A DNA stretch of 64,000 nt, from the NCBI GenBank assembly GCA_035221665.1, contig CM069159.1, positions 25,544,001-25,608,000 of the forward strand, read 5' to 3'. Source of the DNA: Okamejei kenojei. Its lineage: Eukaryota. The notes below the pieces were generated by a model. The model worked only from the letters and a program-made list of their open reading frames with translations, was not told where the DNA came from and did not search any database. A program made the translations under genes and the position numbers. Below, piece by piece: positions 53,501-61,399 of the stretch. The stretch's first letter is position 1. Each line of letters opens with the position of its first letter.

Positions 53501-56500
53501 TTTCAGCATTCCACCTACTAAAGTACAAAAACATATCAGAATTATAGGTATTTATTATTTTAAAATGGCATTCCTTCCCATAAGTTGGAAACGGCTGTTT
53601 TGTGGATTTGCTGAGTTTTGTAACTGAAGCTGGATTCATGTGGTTTAGAACGCTATTGGAAATGAAATAAATTATTAACTTAAAACACCGCCTGTCATTT
53701 GTTTCACATTATCGTTAATGTTGTATTCAGCCTTTGCAAATTCAGCATTTGTGATGCAGGTCTATACTGTGCGTGTTATAGAAGAACAAACTGTTGGAGA
53801 AACAACAGATAAGGCTGCGTATGCAGAAGGAATCAGACAGATGATGTTTCGGGCAAGGACCCTTTTTCAGATCGATGGAGTAGAGAGGAGATAGCTGGTG
53901 GAAAGTGATAAGGGAAGGGGTGGGGAAAGAGATAGCAAGTGATGGTGGGTCCAGCTGAAGAGGGGGATAGTCGGCAGATGAGTCCGCTGGGGGAAAAGGA
54001 TGGGGTTGGAGCAGACCAAAGGGTGCAAATGGCAGAATCTGATATGGTAGGAAAGTGGGGAGTGAAATATTGATCTAGAGGATAAGTATGATGGGGGGGG
54101 GGGGAAATTGGGAAAATTGGGTTGGGATGTGAGTGGATGGATGAGGTGGTGGAGAACTTGTTAACACTTGCCACGTATCTTCTCCTCATCTCTTTCAACT
54201 AACTACCCATCTCTAGTCTCATCTTGAAGAAGGGTTCAGACCCAAAAGGTTGACTGTTCATTTCCCTCAACAGAGGCGACCTGACCCATTGAATTCCTTC
54301 AGCAGTTTGTATTTTTCAGAATACAAGATTCAGCATCTGCATTCTCTCGCGTCTCTATTACGTAAGCAACTTTATTGAAAATTAGGTCACCAAAGGCAGG
54401 GATTGGGAAAAGGTTAGAGAAAGCCATCGAGTCCTTCAATATATTGGAATAAGGACAAATATCAGCAGCTATTGCAACATAATGTTTCAATATTTCAGAT
54501 TCCCAGGATCAACTATAACTTTTTTTAAAGATTCCATACAGTCTGACACCGCATTGGGACTAAGGGGATTTTGTGGACTTTGTACTTGGACTGTGACTTT
54601 AAAAAGAATCTCATAACATCTCATCCATAAAATAATTTAATGATTCCATAAAATAAAAATTAAATGTAAGACAATACAATCAGATAGAGAGATTGGGCTT
54701 CAAAAGGAAAACTGAAACATTGACTTACCTCATACTCAAAACCAATACCAAGGGATCCCACGTCTAAGTGGAGGTTTTTCATAAGCTGAGCAGTATTGGG
54801 ACCACTCTATGGGAACAAATTATTTGAAGAGTTCTTTATTGATGTGAAATTCTCAAAGAAATCATCTAGCATCTTCATTAACGGGCTTTTTCTTGGATAT
54901 TTATAATAACACAGAACTAAGCAGCAATAGTCAAGATACCTTTCTTGAAATCAGTTTGAAAGATGCTATTTTTGACCACAAATGCCATCCTCAGACACAT
55001 CAAGCCAAATTGCATTAATAATGTTTTTGATATTAACATTCAGAAACATCATCCAACAACTTATTTTTCATAAGAACAGTCTGATCAAGGTTCACTACTT
55101 GTCTCATGGTCCAGTGGCAAAACCCTACATTCATCTCTATGGCACAGAATTTAAACCAAGTGGCTTTTCCACACTTCTCTTCCTGATTTTTATCTGAAAA
55201 AGAAAATTGAGCACCATTTTGTGCTGTTTAACTTCATCACAAACACCATTGCATATCCACGCACCACTTCCAAATACTTGTAGGTGAAATCTTTCCAGAA
55301 TGATGAGTTTTCAAATATTATATACTGGAAGAAACATGGGTTGTTAATAAGTGAGATTTTTTTTTTGTTTTAAATCAATGCAAATCACATACTGGTAAAC
55401 CTTTTTTGAAACCGTTTTGGGTAAAAGAGCATAAGGAATTTGGCTATGAGTTGAAAAATATGTTCAAAATACAACATTACTGTAAAATCAAGGTATAAAA
55501 AGTATGACGGTTGAAATACGTTATTTTGACTAGTTTATTTGATGAAAATTGCAAAATAGGTTTTATCAGTTATTGAGTTTATTATTACCATTGCACAACA
55601 TGACATTATCAACACGTATAACATTATAACATAATTAGGACTGCTGAAAATTGTCACCAATTGTGCAATTCCAAAAGTTAATTGCAATTTTAATTGCATT
55701 ATAAAATAATGATGGAATGCCAGTATTATTGGAAGGAAAACAGAGGGAGGCCAGCAAAAAGGAGATGGCACAGAAGGGAGGGGTGAGCAGAAGAGAGCTT
55801 GTGAGGGGAGGAAAGGGAGAGCTAGGGAACAGATGAAGGGGAAAACGAGGGAAGCAGGTGAAGGGAAGGGGGGGGGGATGAGAGGGCAGGAGAAAGGAGG
55901 GAGAGCCGGGGAACATGCAAAATGAGGGTAGCGAGGGGACAGGAGTATTAATTCTCAGCAGTTTCCATCCATAGAGGGGAATGGGGGAGGATGGGTTCTG
56001 GGCCACGTGCATCGTTGGAGGTGAGGGGTGGCACCTAGGCTACATACAGACAGGATGCCTTGAAAGAATTTAAAGACCATAAAATGGCAAAATATGAAAG
56101 CAGAAGCTTTGGCAGGTCTTCCTATGGTTATCCTGAAACCCATCTACAGTCTTTTAAAGATAAGTTTCAATCCCTTTTCATTAAAAACTTGGTTTTGGCT
56201 TTGAGTGATGCCAGCAAATATTGTCTTTCATGGATTGCTTTAAGGAACAGTGATCTCTTATCATTTGTAATTTTATTCTTTACAACTGTTGGGCCGTTTT
56301 ATAGGACGCATGAACCACATCATGTGGAAATGGAGCCAGGCTTGGCCAACGATGTAAGATTCACTTTCTTCTCATTTGTATTTAAGGACATTTTAGACAA
56401 TAGACAATAGGTGCAGGAGTAGGCCATTCGGCCCTTCGGGCCAGCACCACCATTCAATGTGATCATGGCTGATCTTCCTCAATCAGTACCCCATTCCTGC

Positions 56501-59500
56501 CTTCTCCCCATATCGCCTAACACCGCTATCTTTAAGAGCCCTATCTAGCTCTCTCTTGAAAGTATCCAGAAAACCGGCCTCCACCGCCCTCAGAGGCAGT
56601 GAATTCCACAGATTCACAACTCCCTATGTGAAAAAGTGTTTCCTCATCTCCATTCTAAATGGCTTACTCCTTATTCTTAAACTGTGGCCCCTGGTTCTAG
56701 ACTCCCCCAACATCGGGAACATGTTTCCTGCCTCTAGCTTGTCCAAACCCTTAATAATCTTATATGTTTATGTCCCCTCTCATTTTGGTGGCATTTTTAT
56801 AGTCTTTCTGATGATCTTACTGCCTCACAATTTCCTTCTCTTAACCTCATTATTTGCCTCAGTCAGCTTGGCATACAATCAATCAATGCTCAACAGCTAG
56901 TTTGGCATTATAGCCATTCCACTAATGTAGATACCTTCTCGCCACTCAAGTCTTCTTCATCCTCACTGAGGTCAGCTAGGTTCAGGGATATCTTCTCTTC
57001 AAGTGCTCCCAGAATGCCTTTTGTAAGGCCACTTGTTTTAGGGATCTTCAGTGCCACATATGAACAAAATGGTTATTAGGCAAGCAATAACGTTGTATTG
57101 AAATATTTAAACCCTTTTATCAAACTTGGATTACATTTATAATTACACAATGCCTGCCAATACAGACCAGTTTTCTTTTGACAGAAAACAATGGTAGAAT
57201 AACGGTTTGATAGCTTCTGCTGAATATTTCATTGAATATTTAACAAAATCAGAAAACTGGAGATTGCAAACCTCAACAACCTCTCCTAGATTTAATATTA
57301 AAAAGGTCACATTTCAGAATTCTATGGGGTTTCTTAAGTGTATTAAAGCATCCTGTGGTTGACACAAAATGCTGGAGTAACTCAGCAGGTGAGGCAGCAT
57401 CTCTGGAGAGAAAGAATGGGCGACCTTTCGGGACGTGACCCTTTTCAGACTGATGTCAAGGGAGGGGGCGGGACAAAGATAGAATGTAGTCGGATACAGT
57501 AAGACTAGTGGGAGAATTGGGAAGGGGAAGGGGATGTAGAGAGAAAGCAAAGGCTATCTGAAGTTAGAGAAGTCAATGTTCATACCGCTACCAAAACTAC
57601 CCAAGCAGAATATACCGCTACCCATAAACTACCCAAGCAAAATATGGGGTGCTGTTCCTCCAATTTGCGCTGGGCCTCACTCTGACAAAGGAGCAGACCC
57701 AGAGCCGAAAGGTCAGATTGGGAATGGGAGGTAGAGTTGAAGTGCTGAGCAACCGGGAGATCAGGTAGGTTAAGACGCACTGAGCGGAAGTGTTCAGTAA
57801 AACGATCGCCGAGCCTGCGCTTGGCCTCGTCAATGTAGAGAAGTTGACACCTGGAACTGCGGATGCAATAGATGCGGTTGGAGGATGTGCAAGGGAACCT
57901 CTGCCTCACCTGGAAAGACTGTTTGGGTTCTTGGATGGAGTCGAGGGGGGAGATAAAAAGACAGGTGTTGCATCTTCTGCAGTTGCAGGGGAAGGTACCT
58001 GGGGAGGGGGTGGTTTGAGTGGGAAGGGACGAGTTGACGAGGGAGTTTCCGAGGGAACGCTCTGGGGAAAGTAGAAAGGGGTGGAGATGGGAAGATGTGG
58101 CCAGTAGTGGGATCCCGTTGGAGGTGGCGAAAATGTTGGAGGATTATATGCTGTATGCGACGGCTGATGAGGCGGATGGTGAGGACAAGGGAGTGCAGGA
58201 TGGAAATTAGTGGTGAAGTTGATGAAGTCAGTGATTTCTGCATGGGTACAGGAGGTAGCACCAATGCAGTCGTCAATATAGCGGAGGTTGAGTTCGAGGA
58301 TAGGGCCAGTGAACACCTGGAACAGGGATTGTTCAACATACTCTACAATGAGGTAGGCATAGCTAGGGCCCATGCGGGTGCCCATAGCTACGCCTCAGAT
58401 TTGGGGGAAGTGGGAGGAGTCGAAGGAGAAGTTGTTGAGGGTAAGGACCAGCTCTGTAGGCGGAGGAGAGTATTGATAGACAGAAATTGGCTAGTTCTGT
58501 GGTCGAGGAAGAAACGGAGGGCTTTAATACCCTCCTGGTGGGGGATGGAGGTGTACAGTGACAGGACATTCATAGTAAAGAAGAGGGAGTGGGGGCCTGG
58601 AAAATGGAAGTAATTGAGGAGAACGTGGGAGGTGTCTTGGAAATAGGTAGGGAGGGATTAGACCAGGGGGGATAGGATGGAGTCGAGGTATGTGAAAATT
58701 AATTTGGTGGGATATGAACAAACAAAAACAATGGGTCTGTCAGGATAGCTGTTTGTGGATTTTGGGGAGAAGATAAAATTGGGCCATGCAGGGCTGGGGA
58801 ACGATAAGGTTGGAGGCTTTAGAGGGCAGAGAGCCGGAAGTGATTAAATCAGTAATGGTGCTTGAGGTTAAGGCCTGTTGCTCGTCTGTGGGGTTATGGT
58901 CCAAGGATATGTAGGAGGAGGTGTCGGAGAGTTGTCGCCTGGCCTCAGTCCGATAGACGTCAGTGCGCCAGACTACCACGGCACCTCCCTTGTTGGCAGG
59001 TTTGATTATCCAGTCCGGGTTGCCGCAGAGTGAGTGGGGGCAGTTGGAAATTAAAAGCTCTAAATAAGGTAGAGGGCCATCCAGGGGAGTCCAAGAGGAG
59101 GGGGTTCGTTGGAGACGGGAGAAGAGGCCATCACTGGGTGGTGAGGACTCCTTCCCATAGAAAAAAGACACGGAGGCGGAGGTGACGGAAGAAGAGCTCT
59201 ACATCGTGGCGGACGCGGAACCTGTTGAGGTGGGGGCAGAGGGGAACAAAGGTGAGGCCTCTGCTGAGGACAGACCTTTCCGTATCAGAAAGTGGGAAGT
59301 CAGGGGGGGTGGAGAACACACGGCAAGGGTGGGGGTTGGAGTCGGTTGAGAGCAAGTGAGTAGGTGAGCGAGTAGCATCCTGTGTTATGTTTGCCGCACA
59401 GTCTATCTAAACAACAAAATTCCTCTGGCCCTTTTGGATCTTAAAGCTCCCAGTTTAATCATTCTGTCACATTGCCACTTGCATCCAGTACTCAGCCATC

Positions 59501-60745
59501 ATAAAATGTCACCTGTTTCCCTTAACGTTGCCCAACACAAACTTAATCATGAAGAAAATTTAAACTAATGGTCGATTCTATTTTCATTCTGTTTGTTCAT
59601 ACTGCTTCTGTACATGGGCAGTGGGCAGTGCTAAAGACCTGCACGGGTAGGTAGACGCTCCCGCCCCCACGATCACGGGCAGATGGCTAGGAGGGAAAAC
59701 TCGCACTCGGGATTTAAAACCTCCACTGCTTTGTGGCAATATCCAGTCATGGAAAAGGCTCCAGGAGTAAACCTCAAGAAAACCCGGAGTCGGAGCCCCT
59801 AAGGCAGTTTGTCGTTGTCTACAACCTTGCTCTGGCAGCTCCTGCGACGGCTCTGGTGCCAAACTGTAATGGCCCTGCTGTTCCTTTGGATCGATCAGCG
59901 ATGTGGAGAGGGGGGACGTGCTGCATGGGCAACAGCCTGTCCTCCATATGACATCGCCCAGGCTTGCATCCGACCAGAATTCATCACCCATGGTCAGTCG
60001 TGAGAGGGGCCTACTACTACTACTAAATGGAAGATATTATTGGGAGGCCCCAAGCAGAGCCAAAGTTGTTCCAAGGCTCCTCAAACAGAAGCAGTAATTG
60101 AAACTCAGTCTGAATAAAACTACGCACTTTTTTAGAAAAGGACAATGCTGCTGAAGGCGGCCAAAAGTGAGTGAAGAAGAAGTTCCACAATGGTTGGTCT
60201 AACTTTGGCAAAAGTAAAACATCAGTTGGTAGCAAGCTCTCCTTTGAATCCAAAGGATCCTAATTCAAATCTGTCATGTGAGGTTTGTGTACAAATACTA
60301 AGCCTGACACTCCAGGCAGTATTGTAGACAGTGCGGGCTTAGGTGGAAACCAGAGCACCCAGAGGAAATCCACTCAGTCAAAGGAAATATGTGCAAACTC
60401 CACGCAGACAACACTCGAGGTCAGGACCAATGACAAGTCTCTGGTGTTGTGAGGTAGTAGCTCTCTCAGCTGCAACACTGTGCCGCCCTATATTATAAAT
60501 ATCATTTATAGTTAATTTCTGTTTTTAGTTGTAACTCTGAAATAAATCAACCTACAATGTAATCTGGCATTTATTACCCCAAATGTGGGAGAACTTCCGA
60601 GCGAACTCTTCATCAGCCCCCTGGTAGTTGCAGATGTATTGCCCAATGACCCACAGAGCGTACTTGCTGAGAACTCCCCAAGGCCACGAAGTGGAGCAAG
60701 GCTTCCTTGAGGTGCCATCACCAGCATCGGTGGAATATTCAGTGC
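1892..60745 (-). CDS. CEP164: CEP164 (centrosomal distal-appendage protein), partial multi-exon gene; 12 coding exons in window, both ends outside
   Basis: Exons read manually on the minus strand join in frame (168+111+78+111+492+72+65+204+132+217+78+120=1848 nt). Motifs GSLAPLRGL, TKGILG, NLHLDVGSLGIGFEYE, PPTP, EEKHQE and VADYEKE match recalled human CEP164 (GGLAPLRGL, TKGLLG, NLHLDIGALGGDFEYE, PPTP, EAKHRE, VAGYEHE) in the same order. Confidence 0.93.
2075..2292 (+). mobile_element. Penelope-derived short element with hammerhead-like core
   Basis: ctgaagaagggtcccaacccgaaac at 2165-2189, followed by the family body and tail. Confidence 0.8.
2750..2830 (+). mobile_element. Degenerate Penelope terminal-repeat copy
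   Basis: ctgaaaaagggtcccaacccgaaacgtcacc. Confidence 0.7.
2920..3182 (+). mobile_element. Rex1-like 3' end with (ACTT)n tail; second copy at ~17990-18171
   Basis: LKNCFYPRAVALLNS frame; ~170 bp shared with 17995-18165. Confidence 0.7.
4604..4681 (-). CDS. CEP164: CEP164 exon (78 nt, 0-0): ELEKLKNKHSIDLQGLKMTAEEKHQE
   Basis: tctcctgcag|...GAA|gtgagt; matches human ...EKEHSAELERL...EAKHRE. Confidence 0.93.
5803..6075 (+). mobile_element. HE1-like tRNA-derived V-SINE
   Basis: tRNA-like head (ggttcgatcc B box), central V-like domain, gctgtatctctaaac end. Confidence 0.85.
6074..6449 (-). mobile_element. CR1/HER1 LINE 3' end with (CATAGAAA)n tail
   Basis: ORF 6182..6445 SRTRGHSLRIRG...FFTQRVVSLWNSLP, the CR1 ORF2 C-terminus. 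Confidence 0.9.
7675..7952 (-). mobile_element. HE1-like V-SINE
   Basis: (gttta)n tail, body similar to 5803-6075. Confidence 0.85.
7994..8210 (-). CDS. CEP164: CEP164 exon (217 nt, 2-0): GEEEEKLLQLRTEVK...KKDTEE
   Basis: gcattccag|...GAG|gtgcgt; within ORF 7976..8308; coiled coil. Confidence 0.93.
9390..9521 (-). CDS. CEP164: CEP164 exon (132 nt, 2-2): LLKEKLRVEQEEVETRLKEEQ...EKEI
   Basis: catcaag|...ATAAG|gtaagt; coiled coil. Confidence 0.93.
9882..10176 (+). mobile_element. CR1/HER1 LINE 3' end
   Basis: Reverse complement nearly identical to 6090-6381. Confidence 0.9.
10670..10873 (-). CDS. CEP164: CEP164 exon (204 nt, 2-2): CTHQEHLKDK...EEVEAQQMYYGKEERL, coiled-coil start
   Basis: ttcaaaatag|...CTTAG|gtaaaa; open E/K/Q-rich frame. 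Confidence 0.9.
11078..11620 (-). mobile_element. Degraded Penelope 3' fragment with poly-G tract
   Basis: Similar to 57358-57780 (terminal repeat, then GIY-YIG remnant). Confidence 0.75.
13621..13946 (+). mobile_element. Rex1/Babar LINE 3' end with (TTGAA)n tail
   Basis: RCLRQAGKIIKDPSHPNHGLFALLPSGRRYRSLRSRTSRMRSSFY, the Rex1 RT C-terminus. Confidence 0.9.
14280..14910 (-). mobile_element. Degraded Rex1-like LINE fragment
   Basis: TLSNFYKCTIESILLECITA; LPSGRRC-like remnant. Confidence 0.72.
15125..15189 (-). CDS. CEP164: CEP164 exon (65 nt, 0-2): EEEDTRELNLEERRKRAEPSE(R)
   Basis: tttgtattcgaag|GAG...GAAAG|gtacat; supplies the required phase 0 to 2 switch. Confidence 0.8.
15415..15550. mobile_element. 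Penelope terminal-repeat fold-back (partial second arm)
   Basis: ...gtttcgggtcgagacccttcttcag then gacccgaaacgccacccattccttctc. Confidence 0.75.
16310..16640 (-). mobile_element. Ancient DeuSINE (SacSINE1/AmnSINE1-like) relic
   Basis: cttcaaataatgccctggggaattttacatc and gacggtgcttcc resemble the recalled Deu domain. Confidence 0.5.
17161..17430 (-). mobile_element. HE1-like V-SINE
   Basis: Tail, body and tRNA-like head. Confidence 0.82.
18172..18409 (-). mobile_element. Young Penelope-derived insert with intact hammerhead core
   Basis: Core at 18274-18301; 13-bp TSD AACTTAATTACTT at 18159-18171 and 18410-18422. Confidence 0.88.
18495..18708 (+). mobile_element. LINE (Rex1-type) 3' UTR remnant with taaac tail
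   Basis: cactgtacctcagtacacgtgacaat...taaactaaact end. Confidence 0.6.
20780..21085 (-). mobile_element. Degraded Penelope RT fragment
   Basis: gcatagctgaggctcatgcgaacacccatggcta resembles the AMGTRMGPSYA region at 58357-58390. Confidence 0.65.
21404..21800 (-). mobile_element. Degraded CR1 3' fragment
   Basis: YSLERRRLRNDLVEVYKITRGID. Confidence 0.8.
22158..22377. mobile_element. Fold-back Penelope-derived element
   Basis: ~90-bp inverted arms; 15-bp TSD CACCTATTGTCTCTT at 22143-22157 and 22378-22392. Confidence 0.92.
22555..22968 (-). mobile_element. HE1-like V-SINE interrupted by a Penelope insert
   Basis: Tail at 22555, head resumes after 22943. Confidence 0.8.
22815..22943 (+). mobile_element. 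Penelope terminal-repeat insert nested in an HE1 SINE
   Basis: ctgaagaagggtttcggcccgaaacgtt at 22818-22845. Confidence 0.85.
23517..23693 (-). mobile_element. HE1-like V-SINE, 3' half
   Basis: Tail plus body. Confidence 0.8.
23710..24232. mobile_element. Two degraded CR1 3' fragments, tail to tail
   Basis: + copy ~23710-23960, - copy ~23970-24232. Confidence 0.6.
24337..24613 (-). mobile_element. HE1-like V-SINE
   Basis: Body and head similarity. Confidence 0.78.
24781..25112 (+). mobile_element. Penelope 3' end: GIY-YIG C-terminus, poly-C, hammerhead-like terminal repeat
   Basis: 24781-24897 reads HLLHDQSEHHRKLEEQHLIFRLGSLHPSGINIEFTHFR*; CTGAAGA..GAAAC core begins at 24986. Confidence 0.88.
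26090..26655 (+). mobile_element. Degraded CR1 fragment
   Basis: EYCVQFWSP region and IFFTQRVVAIWNTVP. Confidence 0.75.
28269..28539. other. Assembly gap (271 N)
   Basis: Run of n. Confidence 1.
28540..28638 (+). mobile_element. Penelope terminal-repeat copy abutting the assembly gap
   Basis: ttgaagaagggtctcgatccgaaacgtaaccc plus family body. Confidence 0.8.
29868..30484 (-). mobile_element. CR1/HER1 LINE 3' fragment, open ORF2 C-terminus, (AACCATAT)n tail
   Basis: LYKALVRPILEYGVQFWSP...SLERRRLRGDLIEVFK...FFTQRVVAVWN. Confidence 0.93.
30495..30760 (+). mobile_element. Ancient DeuSINE-like relic
   Basis: gaaggagtgctgcatcgtcag...gaagaacagcaggggag...attatctggttat. Confidence 0.5.
31474..31604 (+). 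mobile_element. Solo Penelope terminal-repeat insert
   Basis: 10-bp TSD AAGTAGAACA at 31464-31473 and 31605-31614. Confidence 0.85.
31905..32295 (+). mobile_element. Degraded CR1 3' fragment
   Basis: KIMIGIDRVN...RTKGHTFKLRG...VVGIWNKL. Confidence 0.8.
32494..32686. mobile_element. Older fold-back Penelope-derived element
   Basis: Inverted degenerate arms, tail on the right. Confidence 0.7.
34488..34559 (-). CDS. CEP164: CEP164 exon (72 nt, 0-0): DSEPSQQLKDLQASEESDEIDNNF
   Basis: ttgtccacag|...|gtgagt; resembles human EISEHMKEPQLSDS. Confidence 0.85.
36485..36673. mobile_element. Older fold-back Penelope-derived element
   Basis: Inverted arms around 36550, tail on the right. Confidence 0.72.
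38017..38146. mobile_element. Fold-back element lacking the central hammerhead core
   Basis: 14-bp TSD CTTTTCTTTCTTCA at 38003-38016 and 38147-38160; inverted arms. Confidence 0.85.
40712..41203 (-). CDS. CEP164: CEP164 exon (492 nt, 0-0): VLFEQSHGG...QPPTPDK...RNPPQK, acidic disordered region
   Basis: Long open frame in the ORF track; aaag|GTG and AAG|gtacga; PPTP motif. Confidence 0.88.
41732..41824 (+). mobile_element. Solo Penelope terminal-repeat insert
   Basis: ctgaagaagggtctcgacccgaaatgtc from 41734; imperfect flanking repeat gagttg. Confidence 0.8.
41913..42163 (-). mobile_element. HE1-like V-SINE
   Basis: Body and head similarity. Confidence 0.8.
43043..43153 (-). CDS. CEP164: CEP164 exon (111 nt, 0-0): ESAEVDEDADHDHVDEGTEPELQNLPVSDEEAESQKE
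   Basis: cattcag|GAA...GAG|gtgatt; open acidic frame that keeps phase. Confidence 0.82.
44505..44700 (+). mobile_element. Penelope 3' fragment with poly-C
   Basis: 10-bp TSD ATCATATAGG at 44495-44504 and 44701-44710. Confidence 0.82.
45718..46008 (+). mobile_element. CR1 3' fragment with (CTTGTGAA)n tail
   Basis: STRGHSLRIKG...FFSQRVVNLW. Confidence 0.82.
46085..46706 (+). mobile_element. Old CR1 fragment
   Basis: IEYKSREVMLQL-like and 3' UTR similarity. Confidence 0.7.
46707..46914. mobile_element. Fold-back Penelope-derived element inserted in a CR1 3' end
   Basis: 15-bp TSD TTTCCATTATGTATG at 46692-46706 and 46915-46929. Confidence 0.9.
47073..47662. mobile_element. Non-autonomous DNA transposon (PIF/Harbinger-like MITE)
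   Basis: TIRs AGCCCCTGTCCCACTT / AAGTGGGACAGGCCCT (14/16), TAA on both flanks, internal GTCGTAG repeats. Confidence 0.85.
47990..48500 (+). mobile_element. Old CR1 fragment
   Basis: LERVQRR-like and WNSLP-like remnants. Confidence 0.6.
50190..50515 (+). mobile_element. Ancient DeuSINE-like relic
   Basis: gaaggaatgctgcattgttgga...gatgagacactaaac. Confidence 0.5.
51068..51345 (-). mobile_element. CR1 3' fragment
   Basis: Reverse complement resembles 45718-45990. Confidence 0.75.
53775..54350. mobile_element. Old Penelope terminal-repeat remnants in inverted arrangement
   Basis: Degenerate cores at ~53843-53870 (-) and ~54224-54255 (+). Confidence 0.55.
54729..54806 (-). CDS. CEP164: CEP164 exon (78 nt, 0-0): SGPNTAQLMKNLHLDVGSLGIGFEYE
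   Basis: ttcccatag|...GAG|gtaagt; highly conserved NLHLD..LG..FEYE motif. Confidence 0.95.
55733..55945. repeat. GA-rich polypurine low-complexity tract
   Basis: Almost exclusively G/A on the + strand. Confidence 0.8.
56394..56768 (-). mobile_element. CR1 3' fragment with (TAGACAA)n tail
   Basis: Closely similar to 6100-6449. Confidence 0.85.
56935..57045 (-). CDS. CEP164: CEP164 exon (111 nt, 0-0): IPKTSGLTKGILGALEEKISLNLADLSEDEEDLSGEK
   Basis: Donor AAG|gtatct; acceptor ...ctgaag (less certain); similar to human KTSAYTKGLLG...EEDEEE. Confidence 0.85.
57358..59373 (-). mobile_element. Penelope-like retroelement, 5'-truncated and frameshifted (RT + GIY-YIG endonuclease + terminal repeat)
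   Basis: Translated pieces LSDTERSVLSRGLTFVP, IIKPANKGGAVVVW, NVLSLYTSIP, MGTRMGPSYA, LRYIDD, RIYCIRSSRCQLLYI, RKLEEQH; 11-bp TSD AGCATCCTGTG at 57347-57357 and 59374-59384. Confidence 0.92.
59610..60024 (+). mobile_element. Probable RTE-related non-autonomous retroelement with (CTA)n tail
   Basis: GC/CpG-rich non-coding block ending ctactactactact; resembles recalled RTE 5' UTRs (ggagggaaaact...aaacctcc...ggaaaaggct...ggagtaaacc). Confidence 0.5.
60342..60488 (-). mobile_element. HE1-like V-SINE, 5' part
   Basis: tRNA-like head similarity. Confidence 0.65.
60578..60745 (-). CDS. CEP164: CEP164 exon (168 nt, phase 0-0): ALNIPPMLVMAPQGSLAPLRGLGEFS...SSPTFG
   Basis: Acceptor tttttcacag, donor GG|gtaata; LAPLRGL motif. 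Confidence 0.88.
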
Positions 60746-61176
60746 CTGTGAAAAATAAAGATACAGACACGGGTGATAGCATTGTGACACTTGCACAAAA
60801 TGGACGATAGAAAGCTTAGAAGTATGTGACCTAGTACCAATGTGTTAAAGTCATGCTGTTAAATGATATCCATACCAAAATCTATGTTAAACGAAACAAA
60901 CCTAAACCACTTATATTTCTACCATCTGTTCCCAACAACATTAACTTCTACCCAGACACTATACAAAACATACAAAGAATTTGCCCATACCTATTACTCA
61001 TGAAGAATTGGAAGACTTCAATTCACAAGGCTATTCAACGATAAAGGAAAAGTCATTGCAAAGCCTGATGCTGCCTTATTGCATGCACATGCTGCAAGCT
61101 CTGCATTGAAGTAGGATTCAGAAGTTATTTTCAGGACTGAACATAGAAATCCTTGAACTGACTATTGGATTGTTTA

Positions 61177-61399
61177 ATTTAAGAAAGAACTGCAGATGCT
61201 GGAAAAATCGAAGATAGACAAAAATGCTGGAGAAATTCAGCGGGTGAGGCAGCACCTATGGAGCGAAGGAATAGGTGACGGTTCGGGTCAAGACCCTTCT
61301 TCAGACACTTGAAGAAGGGTCTCGACCCGAAACATCACCGATTTCTTCGCTCCATAGATGCTGCCTCACCCGCTGAGTTTCTCCAGCATTTTTATCTAC
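61177..61399. mobile_element. Fold-back Penelope-derived element
   Basis: 13-bp TSD ATTGGATTGTTTA at 61164-61176 and 61400-61412; ~90-bp inverted arms. Confidence 0.9.

Noticed and set aside
55635-56012. Proline-rich 125-aa ORF
   Set aside because: Translation of the polypurine low-complexity tract
57790-58613. Plus-strand ORFs up to 172 aa
   Set aside because: Antisense shadows of the Penelope RT region
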